In this document: positions 1-12,069 of the stretch, one piece after another
Position numbering within the stretch: position 1 is the stretch's first letter
Layout: each line of letters begins with the position of its first letter
From: Squalus acanthias
Taxonomy: Eukaryota
DNA: 64,000 nucleotides
Assembly: GCA_030390025.1 (NCBI GenBank)
Contig: CM059431.1
Coordinates: 104,472,001 to 104,536,000, forward strand
Direction of reading: 5' to 3'
Translations under genes and position numbers: made by a program
The notes under the pieces: generated by a model
Told to the model about the DNA's origin: nothing
Seen by the model: only the letters and a program-made list of their open reading frames with translations
Databases searched by the model: none

Positions 1-131
1 GCAGAAGGAGGTGGGAAATAGCATCTGAAGATTTGCAATGCAAGGTAGAAGGCAGGGAAGAAGGACGAATGCCCTCTTTTGACGTCCAAGGCACCCTCCT
101 TTCAGAAGGGGTTTGCCAGCTGCTTGACTGG

Positions 132-604
132 AAAAAAGAGAGACTTGCATTTCTGTAGCACCTTTCACAACCACCGGAAGTCCCAAAGTGCTTTACAGCC
201 GATGAAGCACTTTTGAAGTGTAGTCACTGTTGTAATGTGGGAAACGTGGCAACCAATTTGCGCACAGCAAGCTCCCACAAACAGCAATGTGATAATGACT
301 AGATAATCTGTTTTAGTGATGTTGATAGAGGGATAAATATTGGCCCCAGGACACCGGGGAGAACTCCCCTGCTCTTCTTCAAAATGGTGCCATGGGATCT
401 TTTACGTCCACCTGAGTGGGCAGACGGGGCCTCAGTTTAATGTCTCATCTGAAAGACGGCACCTCCAACAGTGCAGCACTCCCTCAGTACTAGCACTGGA
501 GCATCAGCCTAGATTTTTGTGCTCAAGTCCCTGGAGTTGGATTCTGAACCCACAAACGTTCTGACTCAGAGGCGAGAGTGCTACCCACTGAGCCACGGCT
601 GACA
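132..604 (-). mobile_element. SacSINE1/DeuSINE-type tRNA-derived SINE, full length
   Basis: Minus strand has A box TGGCTCAGTGG, a B-box-like GGGTTCAGAATCC, the Deu-domain core (GGAGGTGCCGTCTTTC...AAAGATCCCATGGCAC) and an L2-like tail ending AAATGCAAGTCT. About 18 copies or fragments in the window. Confidence 0.9.
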
Positions 605-1389
605 TTGGGTGGTGGGCAATAGAGTCAATGAAGACCTGGAGATAGGTAAGGAAAGATAAGAATAGGTGAGAATAGGTGAGGAAAGAAAATAATATAGCCG
701 AAAGGAAATTGCCAATGTAAGGCCATCCAGTAGTGCACAACATCTAGCAGGGGCACAAAGTATGCAGGACACTAACGGTTTCCTCTCAGCTGGTTAGACT
801 CTGACTGTGGCTGCAAGCTTTGCACTCGACGAGCAGCTATCCCTGAGCCATGTTGCAGCAGGCCACACTTTCTTATTCTCACTGGAAACTGCAACTGTCG
901 CTGCCCCATCATTTGGAAAGGCGATCTCGCAAAGCAAGCTGATCAGATGACAAACCTGCCTGTTAATTTACTCACATCCAAGCTGTGGTGTAGGGTGGAC
1001 ACTTGTCTCTCCCTCTCACTTCTCTCTTTCTCTCACTTGTCTCTGTTCTCTTCACACTTCCAACATCCCAGTGCATCTTCTGTGCTTGCAGAGCACGGTT
1101 GTGCATAACCTGAAGCTCCAGACCCAAGGCCGAGGGTGTTGCCCACATTTCACACCTTTTACTCCATGTAAACAGGCCCTACTGGATGAGGTCGCACAGG
1201 AGAATTGTAAAGGGAATGCTGCTGAGGGTTCCCAGGAAGAACAGGGTGAGTACCCTCTTTTACTTCCTTCCCTCCCTAATACATTCACCTCAAAGCTAAA
1301 CACCAAAAAGCACAATATTATTTACATAACATCTGGTTCTGAGGATACTATCGGTTTCCTATATATTGCGTAACAGATTGCCACAAAAG

Positions 1390-1650
1390 GAAGGTGGGGA
1401 ATTGGGCGACGTGACTCGTGGTTACTGGGGGCTCCTGGAACTTTCGTCTTCTGTGGTCGGAGAGGAATTTCCCAGATTGTTTTTTTCTCCCTGAATGGGC
1501 CTAGGGTTTTATCTCTGGGTTTGTGCCTGTCCCAGGAGATTACGTGGCTGCTGGTGAGTAAGGTGAGTTGGGGATCATGGCGCTCAGTTGCATCATGACT
1601 GTATGGGACAGGCTTGATGGACCAGCTGGTCTTTTCCTGTCTATCAACTT
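1390..1650 (+). mobile_element. Probable CR1-family 3' UTR fragment
   Basis: Ends in GGACAGGCTTGATGGACCAGCTGGTCTTTTCCTGTC, resembling the CR1 3' terminal stem-loop. No coding part is visible. Confidence 0.45.
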
Positions 1651-1822
1651 AAATATGTTCCAAATTTGCTGACCATTAAAATCATGGGCAAAACGTGCCT
1701 GATTTTCCAATTCACACCACTGATATCTCATACCCCAGTGAAACTCGTCTGTCTCAAATCCCTCCTCTTCTTTGTTCCTCAAATAATATAAAGCTAACGG
1801 GATTCCCAATGAAACTGCCCAT

Positions 1823-2447
1823 ATTACATAGAATTTACAGCACAGAAACCACCCATTCAGCCCAACTGGTCCGTGCCGGTGTTTATGCTCCACACGAGCC
1901 TCCTCCCACCCTACTTCATCTCACCCTATCAGCATAACCTTGTATTCCTTTCTCCCTTGTGTATTTATCTAGCTTCTCTTTAAGTGTATCTATGCTATTC
2001 GCCTCAACTTCTCCTTGTAGTAGTGAGTTCCACAATCTTACTACTCTCTGGGTAAAGAAGCTTCTCCTGAATTCCCTATTGGATTTTTTAGTGAGTATCT
2101 TATATTTATGGCCCCTAGTTTTGGTCTCCCCCACAAGTGAAAACAACTTCTCTATGTCTACCCTATCAAAACCTTTCATAATCTTAAAGACCTCTATCAG
2201 GTCACCCCTCAGCACTTCTCTTTTCAAGAGAAAAGAGTCCCAGCCTGTTCAATCTTTCCTGATAGGTATAACCTCTCAGTTCTGGAATTATCCTTGTAAA
2301 TCCCATTTGCACTTTCTCCAATGCCCCTACATCCTTTTTTATAATATGGAGACCACAATTGTGCGCAGTTCTCGAAGTGCAGTCTTACCAAGGTTCTGTA
2401 CAAGTTTAACCTAAGTTCTCTGCTTTTCAATTCTATCCCTCTAGAAA
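1823..2447 (-). mobile_element. CR1 LINE, 5'-truncated (ORF2 C-terminus and 3' UTR)
   Basis: Peptides LYRTLVRLHFENCAQLWSP and LRGDLIEVFKIMKGFDRVD...FFTQRVVRLWNSL with frameshifts. Tail ATTCTATGTAAT. Confidence 0.92.
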
Positions 2448-2468
2448 TGCTTCTATTCTAAATAATAA

Positions 2469-3361
2469 GGGGGAAAAATTCAGTTGGTTGCGCCTCCCGT
2501 TAGCTCCTTAAGAGGGCGCTAATGGGGCGCTAAGCATCTAGCGCCCAGGCGCGGCGAAGTTTGCGCCGCTCGCGAAATTAACTAGACATTTTGCGGCGGC
2601 GCTAAACACTACCGCCACGATCTCCTGCGCCGGCAGATCATGACGTCACTCGAGTGCACAACGCCCCGGTATCGCCCCGGAGCGGATATTGAGTGGCGCC
2701 CCCTGCCTTACCGCCTGACGCTAGCAACGACAGGTTGAGGGGAGCGTTCTGCAGTCATGAATGGAAAGGGGGAGCGCTATTTAAAGGTGACCGCTTCCTG
2801 CCTTTTATTGTTGGTGCCATTTTTGAACTACGCATTCTGAGAGAGAGAGGGAGAGACATCTGGAGAGATTCAACGTTGTGTGAAGGAGTTTTGGGTACTG
2901 AGCAGCACTTTGCAGGTTCATTTTGATTTGCCATTCCTTGTATTGATTTAGCAGAGACTGTTGGGGCTGCACTCTGAGCTCTTTGCCTGGTACTCTCCAT
3001 TGTTCTTTCCAGCAGATTTGATGTGCAGGTCTCTCCAGGCCGAGATTCAAGGCTGCAATGAGCAGGATGTGGATGGAAAGCAAGATTAACCATCCCCTTT
3101 AAGAACTGGCCCGTGCCATTGTGTGTGTGTTCCATTGCTGACTGACATTACATGAGCTTCGCCAGCGCTCCGAGGTAGCGCCTCGCTCCTCGGCCTTTGC
3201 GCCTTAAGACAGGTGTGAAGCGCCTGATTTAGCGCTGCAATCACCTCCAGGGGCGATAAAAGTCAAGTTTGCAGTCGGTGGCGATAATTAGCGCCAGGCG
3301 CTAATCTTTGCGCCCGGCCGATAATTGCGCCCCAAATGGGGCGATACTGAATTTCTCCCCC
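2469..3361. mobile_element. Non-autonomous PIF/Harbinger element, family N1 (copy 1)
   Basis: TIRs GGGGGAAAAATTCAGT / ACTGAATTTCTCCCCC, TAA target duplication (2466-68, 3362-64) and many subterminal GGCGC repeats. Homologous to 32263-33154 and 55502-56395. Confidence 0.88.
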
Positions 3362-3951
3362 TAAGTGCTGCAACTAAAAATATCTCAGCCAAAACTCTTG
3401 GCCTATACCTCCAAAAATAACCTGACAAAAAAATGAGTGCCAAAAATAACATGAAATTACAAATCTCCAGTCAAATTGCACTTTCAATCTAATTGAATGT
3501 GGGTCTCCCTTTAAGTACTGACTTACTCTCAGAATATGAACTGCCTCCAATTGTTTATGCTAAGGATTTTAACACACATCACATGATGAGAATCATATGA
3601 AATGGCACTTATGCTGATATATATTTTTTTGCATTAACATTTAATATTAAACCTTTAAACCGTTTGCGGCAGAGAGCCCCTTAGCCCAGCTTTAAGAACC
3701 CCCACCCCCCAATCAGAAATATACATGCTCCGAATTGCGAGTGAAGATTTGCCGATGGTAATCTCTGCCCACCTTTCCAAGCCCTCTGCACTCATTCAAT
3801 GCCACAGCCACCAGCGATGGAATCCGGAAAATAATATACCCGGTAATTTCTGACCTCTTACTTGACCAGATTAAAAATGATCTTGTATAATATTGGTTGC
3901 TCAAGTATTCATATTCCAGCAATTTTTTCCCTTTCTCCCACTACTAAGATC

Positions 3952-4841
3952 TTAGCTACAAGGACAGGTTGGAGAAGCTGGATTTGTTTTCATTAGAGCA
4001 AAGGAGGTTGAGGGGTGATTTGATAGAGGTGTACAAGATTATGACGGGTTTGGATAAAAAGAAAAACTTGCATTTCTACAGCGCCTTTCACGACCACTGG
4101 ATGTCTCAAAGCGCTTTACAGCCAATGAAGTACTTTTGAAGTGGAATTACTGTTGTAATGTGGGAAACGTGGCAGCCAATTTGCGCACAGCAAGCTCCCA
4201 CAAACATCAATGTGATAATGACCAGAGAATCTGTTTTTGTTATGTTGTTTGAGGGATAAATATTAGTCCAGGACACCGGGGATAACTCCCCTGCTCTTCT
4301 TCGAAATAGTGCCATGGGATCTTTTACATCCACCTGAGAAAGCAGACGGGGCCTCGGTTTAACTTCTCATCCGGTTAATCTCCTCAGCACTGACACTGGA
4401 GTGTCAACCTCGCTTTATGTGCTCAAGTCCCTGGAGTGGGACTTGAAACCCACAAACTTCTGACTCAGAGGTGAGAGTGCTACCCACTGAGCCACAGCTG
4501 ACACAGGCTAGACAGAGAAAGGCTGCTCCCAATAGTTGATGGTACAAGGACTAGGGGTCACAGATTTAAGGTTTTGGGCAAGAGATACAGGGGGAGTGTG
4601 AGGAAAAACTTTTTTACGCAGCGAGTGGTGAGGACCTGGAATTCGCTGCCGACGGAAGTGGTGGAAGCGAAGACACTCAATGTTTTCAAGGGGAGACTGG
4701 ATAAGCACTTGAGGGAAATAAACTTGCAGGGCTACGGGGATAGAGCGGGGGAATGGGACTGACTGGATTGCTCTACAGAGAGCCGGCATGGACTCGATGG
4801 ACTGAATGGCCTCCTTCTGCGCCGTTATGACTCTATGACTA
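3952..4841 (+). mobile_element. CR1 LINE 3' fragment split by a SINE
   Basis: SYKDRLEKLDLFSLEQRRLRGDLIEVYKIM before the SINE and RKNFFTQRVVRTWNSLP after it. (ATGACTCT)n-like tail. Confidence 0.88.
4057..4503 (-). mobile_element. SacSINE1-type SINE nested in CR1
   Basis: Same head, core and tail as 132-604. Interrupts the CR1 coding sequence. Confidence 0.9.
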
Positions 4842-6152
4842 CTGCATCCCAGATGCTAACTCTCTCTCTCATTTTTACATTCTGTCTCTTTTTCTAAGGT
4901 CATTGAAACCACATCTGTACCTTTCACAGATTAACCTGACAGCAGATTTACCACTTTATTTGCATAAAGACTATGTTATCCCTAGCTATCAGAAGATTGA
5001 TTTGATATCATTATAGGACATGCTACGACTAATGTTAGCTATACAGCAGAAATTCAGACCATCAAATCTAGCCATTTGTTTTGCTCCCTGGTTGGCCTGT
5101 TAAATAGTACAGAGTGTACACTAATAGGATTTCCATTGGGACCAAGACAGTTCCACTAACGATTTATTTTTGTCCACCAATGTTGACTTTGACTTGTCCC
5201 CCATTTATTCCATCAACAGCCTCAATCTCCATTACCTACACAACGCTCACACAGTCTAATCCCAAGATACTCATACGCCGCCTCTCATAAAATCTTAATC
5301 ATTCCTTCCACCTTTTCCAGATATCCTAAGCCCAACTAGTTCCCAGAATGAACGCTCCTTTGAACCCCAGGAGAAGAGGCAATTTTAATATTCAGGCAAA
5401 TAGATAACTGAGAGTCAAGAGAAAGTGTTTTCCTGCATCTGTTCATATTCAAGTTTCTTTTCACCAAACTACCCCTATTATTTAGCTCTTATTAAATATA
5501 GTAATGAAGGAAGTCACGAAGACACTCAATTATACTCACTGTAGGAGTCAGATGCCGCAGTAATTTAATTTCTAACCTTTCCTCACATTGACAGATAATT
5601 GCTGGTGCATGCAGTTGTTGGCCACATAAATATTCACGGAGATCGTCTACCGCTAGCTTAAGCTCTGTGTGATAAAAAGCTTCTTAAAAATCTGCAGGGG
5701 GTGCAATCACTCACTCAGCACTAATAAACACTGCTTTTCCAGAAAGGTTTATCAGTGTCTTTCAAAAGAAATAACATAGCGCTTCTAAGAAAAGGAAGTC
5801 ATTAAACACCTCAAGAACTTTCTGTTAAAATGCCAAGTTCTGCTCATAGTTTCAAAACACCTGGACTCCCTGTGAATTTAGCCTTGTGACTGCACTGATG
5901 TGTCCATAATGATATGTATGATTTGTTGCTGCCTTTCAGATACCTTAAAAAAAAACAAACATAACCAAACTCGATAATGAGGTAAGATTTCCAGTCAATC
6001 TGTTTAACAGTTTTGAGGTTTAATTAGTGTCAACTTAGTCAAAATTCATTTGTTCCATCTTGTTTGCCTGCTACATCTACACATTTAAACAACAAACAAA
6101 AACTTGCATTTATATAGCGCCTTTAATGCAATAAAATGTCCCAAGGCATTCA

Positions 6153-8257
6153 CGCATTTTAAAAGAATCTGGGGAAGAGATAGCAGAAGCATTACTACGC
6201 ATATTTAATAATTCATTAGAAAAAGGTGTAGTGCCAGAGGACTGGCGGATAGCTAACGTAATACCAATAGTTAAGAAGGGGGATAGAACATGTCCAGGGA
6301 ATTATTGACCAGTCAGCTGAACATCGGTGGTAGAAAAAATAATGGAATCCCCAATAAAGGAGAAAATAGAAGAACATCTAAAAACCAAAAATATAATAAT
6401 GAATAGTCAACATGGATTTCAAAAGGGAAAGTCTTGCTTGACCAACCTTATTGAATTTTTTGAAGAGGTAACAGAGAGAGTAGACAATGGTAATGCAGTA
6501 GATGTAATTTATCTGGATTTTCAAAAGGCCTTCGATAAGGTACCCCATAATAGACTGATGAACAAGGTCAGAGAATGTGGAGTCAGGGGACAAGTAGCAG
6601 AATGGAATGCTGGCTGGCTTCAGGACAGAAAGCAGAGAGTAAGAGTAAAGGATAGCTATTCACAGTGGTAGAAGGTAGGTAGTGGCGTTCCACAAGGATC
6701 AGTGCTGGGACCACTGCTCTTCACAATTACATTAATGATTTAGACTTAGGAATCAAAAACACAATTTCTAAATTTGCAGATGACACCAAGTTTGGGGGGG
6801 TTAGTTGATACTGAGGAGGACTGCAACAAATTACAGGAGGACATTAATAAATTTGCAGAATGGGCATATAATTGGCAAATGAAGTTCAACACAGATAAAT
6901 GTGAGGTATTACATTTTGGTACGAAGAATAGGGCGGTCACTTATCACTTGGAGGGTACGGGTTTAGGTGGGGTGGAGGAACAAAGGGATCTAGGAGTATA
7001 AATACACAAATCACTAAAAGTTGGGTCGCAGGTTAGCAAGGCCAAGAAAAAGCAAACCAACCACTAGGGTTAATTTCTAGAGGGATAGAATTGAAAAGTA
7101 GGGAAGTTATGCTCAAACTGTATCGAATCTTGGTTAGACCACACTTAGAGTACTTTTTTTTTTATTCGCTTATGGGATCTGGGCGTCGCTGGCAAGGCTA
7201 GCTTTTATTGCCCATCCCTAATTGCCCTTGAGAAGGTGGTGGTGAGCCGCCTTCTTGAACCGCAGCAGTCCGTGTGGTGAAGGTACTCCCACAGTGCTGT
7301 TAGGGAGGGAGTTCCAGGATTTTGATCCAGCGACGATGAAGGATCGACGATATACTTCTAAGTCAGGGTGGTGTGTTACTTAGAGGGGAACTTGGAGGTG
7401 GTGGTGTTCCCATGCGCCTGCTGCCCTTGTCCTTCTAGGTGGAAGAGGTCGCGGGTTTGGGAGGTGCTGCCGAAGAAGCCTTGGCGAGTTGCTGCAGTGC
7501 ATCTTGTGGATGGTACACACTGCAGCCACGGTACGTTGGTGGTGGAGGGAGTGAATGTTTAAGGTGGTGGATGGGGTGCCAATCAAAAGGGCTGCTTTGT
7601 CCTGGATGGTGTCGAGCTTCGTGAGTGTTGTTGCAGCTCCACTCATCCAGGCAAGTGGAGAGTATTCCATCACACTCCTTACTTGTGCCTTGTAGATGGT
7701 GGAAAGACTTTGGGGAGTCAGGAGGTGTACAGTTCTGGTCACCATATTATAAAAAGGATATAGAGGCACTGGAGAGGGTGCAGAGAAGATTTGCAAGGAT
7801 GATACCAGAAATGCGAGGGTATACATTTCAGGAAAGGATGAACAGGCCGGGTCTCTTTTCTCTTAATAGAGGTCTTTAAAATTATGAAAGATTTTGATAG
7901 AGTGGATACAGAGAGAGTGTTTCCACTTGTGGGGAAGAGCATAACTAGAGGCCACCAATATAAGATAGTCACCAAGAAATCCAATAGGGAATTCAGAAGG
8001 AACTTCTTTACCCAGAGAGTGGTGAGAATGTGGAACTCGCTACCACAGGGAGTGGTTGAAGCGAATAGTATAGATGCATTTAAGGGGAGGCTGGACAAGC
8101 GTATGAGGGAGAAGGGAATAGAGGGTTACGCTGATAGATTTAGATGAGGAAAGATGGGAGGAGGCTCGAGTGGAGCATAAACGCCGGCATGGACTGGTGG
8201 GGCCGAATGGCCTGTTTCTGTGCTGTATATCCGATGTAATCCTATGTAATCCTATGT
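6153..8257 (+). mobile_element. CR1 LINE with degraded reverse-transcriptase domain
   Basis: Motifs SQHGF, CLTNLIEFFE, YLDFQKAFDKVPH, SGVPQGSVLGPLLF and KFADDT, with stops and frameshifts. Interrupted at 7153-7724. 3' tail (ATGTAATCCT)n. Confidence 0.93.
7153..7724 (-). mobile_element. Second CR1-clade LINE family (type B), 3' fragment nested in CR1
   Basis: LSTIYKAQVRSVMEYSPLAWMS...LDTIQDKAALLIG. The 3' UTR ends GCCAGCGACGCCCAGATCCCATAAGCGAATAAAAA. Inserted between GAGTAC and TGTACAG of the host. Confidence 0.88.
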
Positions 8258-8504
8258 AAGGGGTTTCACAGGAGACACAATTTGACACCGAGACACTTAA
8301 GGAGATATTAGGACAGGTCAAAGGGGTAGGTTGTAAGGTGCGTCGCAAAGGAGGAGAGAGAGCTAAAGAGGTGGGGTGGCTTAGGGAGGGAATTCTGGAT
8401 CCTGGGGCCCAGGAAGCTGAAGGCACGGCCGCTAATGGTGGAGAGGTTAAAATCGGGCGTGCGCAAGAGGCCAGATTTGGAGGAGCCCAGAGATGTCAGC
8501 GGGT

Positions 8505-8867
8505 AAAGAAAGAAAAAGAAAGAAAAGAAATAAAGCCTTGCATTTATACAGAGCCTTTCACGACCACCGGGCGTCTCAAAGTTCTTTACAGCCAATGAAG
8601 TACTTTTTGAAGTGCGGTCACTGTTGTAATGTAAGAAACACGGCAGCTAATTTGTGCACAGCAAGCTCCCACAAACAATAACAATGATAATGACCAGATC
8701 ATCTGTTTTAGTGATGTTGGGTGAGGGATAAACATTGGAGAGGTCCCCGTGCTCTTTCTTGAAATAGTGCCGTGGGATCTCTTGCGTCCAGCCGAGAGGT
8801 CAGACGGGGCCTCGGTTTAACGCCTCATGCGAATGACGGCATCTCCGACAGTGCAGCACTGCACCGG
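8505..8867 (-). mobile_element. SacSINE1-type SINE, head truncated
   Basis: Tail and Deu core match the other copies. The tRNA head is missing. Confidence 0.85.
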
Positions 8868-9269
8868 AAGTAGATATCGGCAGATAGCATCTCACTGTTT
8901 ACATCTTGGGTAAGGCTTTTCCTGAGAAAACACTCAGAAAATCTGAAATGAGCAATTACAGTAGCAATAACAATCTGGGTATGAGATATGGATTATACAC
9001 TTCAATGAAGAAACTAATCTGACTATTAGAAATAGTCTCAGCCCAAGGCCCTGGCCACTGTGCTCATTGCAGGGATAATAATCACTCTCAGCTCCTGAAG
9101 GAAGTTAATCACTTTTTTCTTCTTCTCGTTTCTTGTCTCATCCGATTCTGACGTTTTTTATTTTGTCTTTCTGAAGGTCAGCGTGCACGAAATGTCAGGA
9201 AAATGAAACATTTGTAATTGCCTGCCACTAACAAACCTTCATCTCATTTAGATAAATGGGAGAATTTTA

Positions 9270-9734
9270 GAAAGAATAAAGAAGACAGTCATTGTAAGCA
9301 TTTCGAGAGCAACTTTCACAAGGTCCCAAGGCACTTTTACAGCCAATGAAGTACTTTTTTGGAGTGTGGTCACTGTTGTAATGTAGGAAACCGGAAGCCA
9401 ATTTGCGCACAGCAAGCTCCCACAAACAGCATGTGATAATGACCAGATAATCTGTTTTTGTTATGTTGATTGAGGGATAAATATTGGCCCCAGGACACCA
9501 AGGATAACTCCCCTGCTCTTCTTCGAAAATAGTGCCCGTGGGATCTTTCAGGTCCACCTGAGAGAGCAGACGGGGCCTCGGTTTAACGTCTCGTCCGAAA
9601 GACGGCACCTCCGACAGTGCAGCACTCCCTCGGCACTGCACTGGGAGCGTCAGCCGAGATTTCTGTGCTCAAGTCTCTGGTGCGGGACTTGAACCCACAA
9701 CCTTCTGACTCGGAGGTAAGAGCCACGGCTGACA
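9270..9734 (-). mobile_element. SacSINE1-type SINE
   Basis: Colinear with 132-604, with a B box GGTTCAAGTCC. Confidence 0.88.
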
Positions 9735-10286
9735 CTGTCCCCATCAAAGAGAGATGAAAAGAGGTACGGAGGATTGTAACGATGAATGCTGCAGAGCAAG
9801 TTACTTTCTAAAGTATTTGAAAGGGATTTTTAAGGGATCTTGCAGAAGCTCAAAAGAAATTAAGGTTGGGAAACAAAATAAAATATTCCCGGGGAGTTTG
9901 TTAAGAGACCGCCTTGGAAAGATTAGTGGAATGTGAATTGGGCCGTGGAGGTTTGAGTAGGTCCAACTTTGAATCGAACATTTTTTTAAAAATTTGAATT
10001 GCCTTTAACAAAGCAGTTTCAGGTGTTGCAACAGAAAGCTGTTGAAAATATGATTGAACAGAGAGCATTCAGGTTTTGATGAGGAAGATGCAGTTATCAG
10101 GCTGAAGTATTGTGTGGATTTATCGGTTGTGAGGTCGTGTCCTACAAAACTCTTAACACAGACAAAAATGTTTTTGTTATCTAGCCCATGCGTTTGGTTG
10201 GTATGCTCTGAAGAATAATTATTGTGTGTCAAAAGGGAATATAGCTTAAAGGAACACTTATTTTTTTTAAATGAAAGTTTCAAGTA

Positions 10287-10996
10287 AGAAAGAAAAAATA
10301 AAAGACTTGCTTTTCTATAGCGCCTTTCAAGACCTCAGGACATCCCAAAGTGCTTTACAGCCAATGAAGAACTTTTTGAAGTGTAGTCACTGTTGTAATG
10401 TGAGAAACGCAGCAGCCAATTTGCGCACAGCAAGCTCCCACAAGCAGCAATGTGATTGACATGAATCTTGTCATTCATGTGGAAATGACTTATGAAATAA
10501 TACTGGGCAGCCTGCTGGTAGCGCTGTCCAGGGAGAGTATAAATACTCAGGCATGGGCCCAGCTTGCTCAGGACATTCTTTAACAGGAACTAGTGAAGGA
10601 CACAACTAGATCTCCATGTTGAAAAACAGTTGATTAAAGCTTTGTTTAACGCTTAGACCAAGTGCCTAATAATTTTCGTACGTCAGTGATAATGACCAGA
10701 TAATCTGTTTTAGTGATGTTGACTGAGGGATAAATATTGGCCAGGAAATTGGGGAAAATTGCCCTGCCCATCTTTAAAATAGCGCCATGGGATCTTTTAC
10801 GTCCACCTGAGAGGGCAGACCGGGCCTCGGTTTAACATCTCATCCGAAAGACGGCACCTCCGACAATGCAGCGCTCCCTCAGCACTGCACTGGAGTGTCA
10901 GCCTAGATTTATGTGTTCAAGTCCCTGGAGTGGGACTTGAATTCACAACCTTCTGACTCAGAGGCGAGGGCGCTACCCACTGAGCCACAGCTGACA
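10287..10996 (-). mobile_element. SacSINE1-type SINE interrupted by a solo LTR
   Basis: The SINE sequence is continuous once 10457-10690 is removed (CAATGTGAT|AATGACCAG). Confidence 0.9.
10457..10685 (+). mobile_element. Short solo LTR (229 bp)
   Basis: TGAC...GTCA termini, exact 5-bp TSD GTGAT (10452-56, 10686-90), TATAAATA at 10538 and ATTAAA at 10633. Confidence 0.78.
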
Positions 10997-11454
10997 GAGT
11001 ATGCAATATTTATTTTATTTTAAATTATGTACATTTTTAGTCTCATGCTCCAGAGGTTACTAAAGAAGCTCTAGTTAGAATTGTTGGAGCGCATCTCCAA
11101 CCTACATATCCCTGCCTCCCTCCAAATCAGGAAACAAATTATATTATAGTGAGTTTGACCCATTGGCAGTCTATGAAACAGAAACAATCCAGATGGCCAG
11201 GACTCTTAGAGGTGCGATTTTAAAAACTTGTTATTTTTCAATTTATATTTCACTAGGGCAGTACTCCCCGCGACCCTTAATGCTTCCTCCTCGCTGCATC
11301 TTGGCTCTGGGTCAGAATGAGAGACATGATTGTGACTTTATCGCATCTGTGACTACACTAGACAACACACAGCCTGGCAAATGGGATCAGACAGCCTGCG
11401 TGGGAATGAACAGCTACCCTTCCTGCAGCCTGCTCCTGTTGACAGAAAGGCCTG

Positions 11455-11790
11455 AGAGCTTCAGTGATTTGGCGCACCATCCTTTCACCACCTTGGGACC
11501 TTGGAAACTGAATCCAGCCCAGACTGATGGCGTGAAAGTCTTCATGCCTTTGCTGTGTGTGACGGCCTCCATGAAATAACTTTAAGCACTCTCAGCCTAG
11601 TTCTTAATAAGCACACAAGACAAAAAAAACGTAATTCAGCACAAGTTGCCACTAAACTGCCACTCTTTCAGAAAAGCCAGAGAATGGTGGAAAATAGTGT
11701 GAGGGAAAACTTACAGCGGCACAGTTTAGAGTGGATTTCTAAGGGCCGATTTTCCAAATGTGCACTACTGGTGGGGAGTCTTGCCTTCTG
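11455..11790 (+). mobile_element. Degenerate LF-SINE-like element
   Basis: CCTTTCACC...GAATCCAGCCCAG...GAAAGTC...TGAAATAAC...CTCAGCCTAGTTC occur in the order I recall for the LF-SINE consensus. Confidence 0.55.
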
Positions 11791-11803
11791 GCTGCGCAGA
11801 TCA

Positions 11804-11895
11804 AGAACATAAGAAATAGGAGCAGGAGTCGGCCATACGGCCCTTCGAGCCAGCTCTGCCGTTCAATAAGATCGTGGTTGAACCTCTACCTCAAG
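11804..11895 (-). mobile_element. CR1 3' terminal fragment
   Basis: AAGAACATAAGAAATAGGAGCAGGAGTCGGCC is the reverse of the (TTCTTATG)n CR1 tail seen at 27190 and 39700. Confidence 0.8.
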
Positions 11896-11917
11896 AAATC
11901 ATGGGAGCACTGTTCAG

Positions 11918-12069
11918 CAATGTTCCCTTTAAACTGCGTGGCCACATGGCCGCACAGCGCTCTGGACCTCCCGCACCGCCAGCTCGCCGGCTTTTAAATC
12001 GAAAATAACGCGCATGCATGGCATTTTGAATGGGCCGCGCAGCCCAAAATAAAACCAAAGGGAACATTG
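11918..12069. mobile_element. hAT-like MITE (about 150 bp)
   Basis: Perfect 13-bp TIR CAATGTTCCCTTT / AAAGGGAACATTG. The 8-bp flanks CTGTTCAG / CTGCCCAT match only partly. Confidence 0.6.

Larger units (their letters stand above)
6088..8500 (-). mobile_element. L2 LINE 3' end (6088-6152 and 8258-8500) split by CR1
   Basis: L2 tail AACAAC...CTTGCATTTATATAGCGCCTTTAA at the left, resuming with TTTCACAGGAG...TTTGACACCGAG at 8258. Colinear with the copy at 16415-16890. Confidence 0.8.

Noticed and set aside
1176..1245. 70-nt AG...GTGAGT-bounded segment (ALLDEVAQENCKGNAAEGSQEEQ)
   Set aside because: The splice signals are plausible, but there is no recognisable protein or partner exon. It is too short to support.
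2755..3135. About 120-codon ORF open in all three Harbinger N1 copies
   Set aside because: The copies differ by many amino-acid changes and copy 2 is frameshifted near the end. The ORF spans promoter-like sequence and the putative deletion junction, so shared ancestry explains it without coding selection.
11163..11579. 138-aa ORF with a good acceptor at 11256 and a C...GKW....C...C pattern like a C-type lectin
   Set aside because: The cysteine spacing is off, the upstream lectin motifs are absent, and the 3' third lies in an LF-SINE-like repeat.
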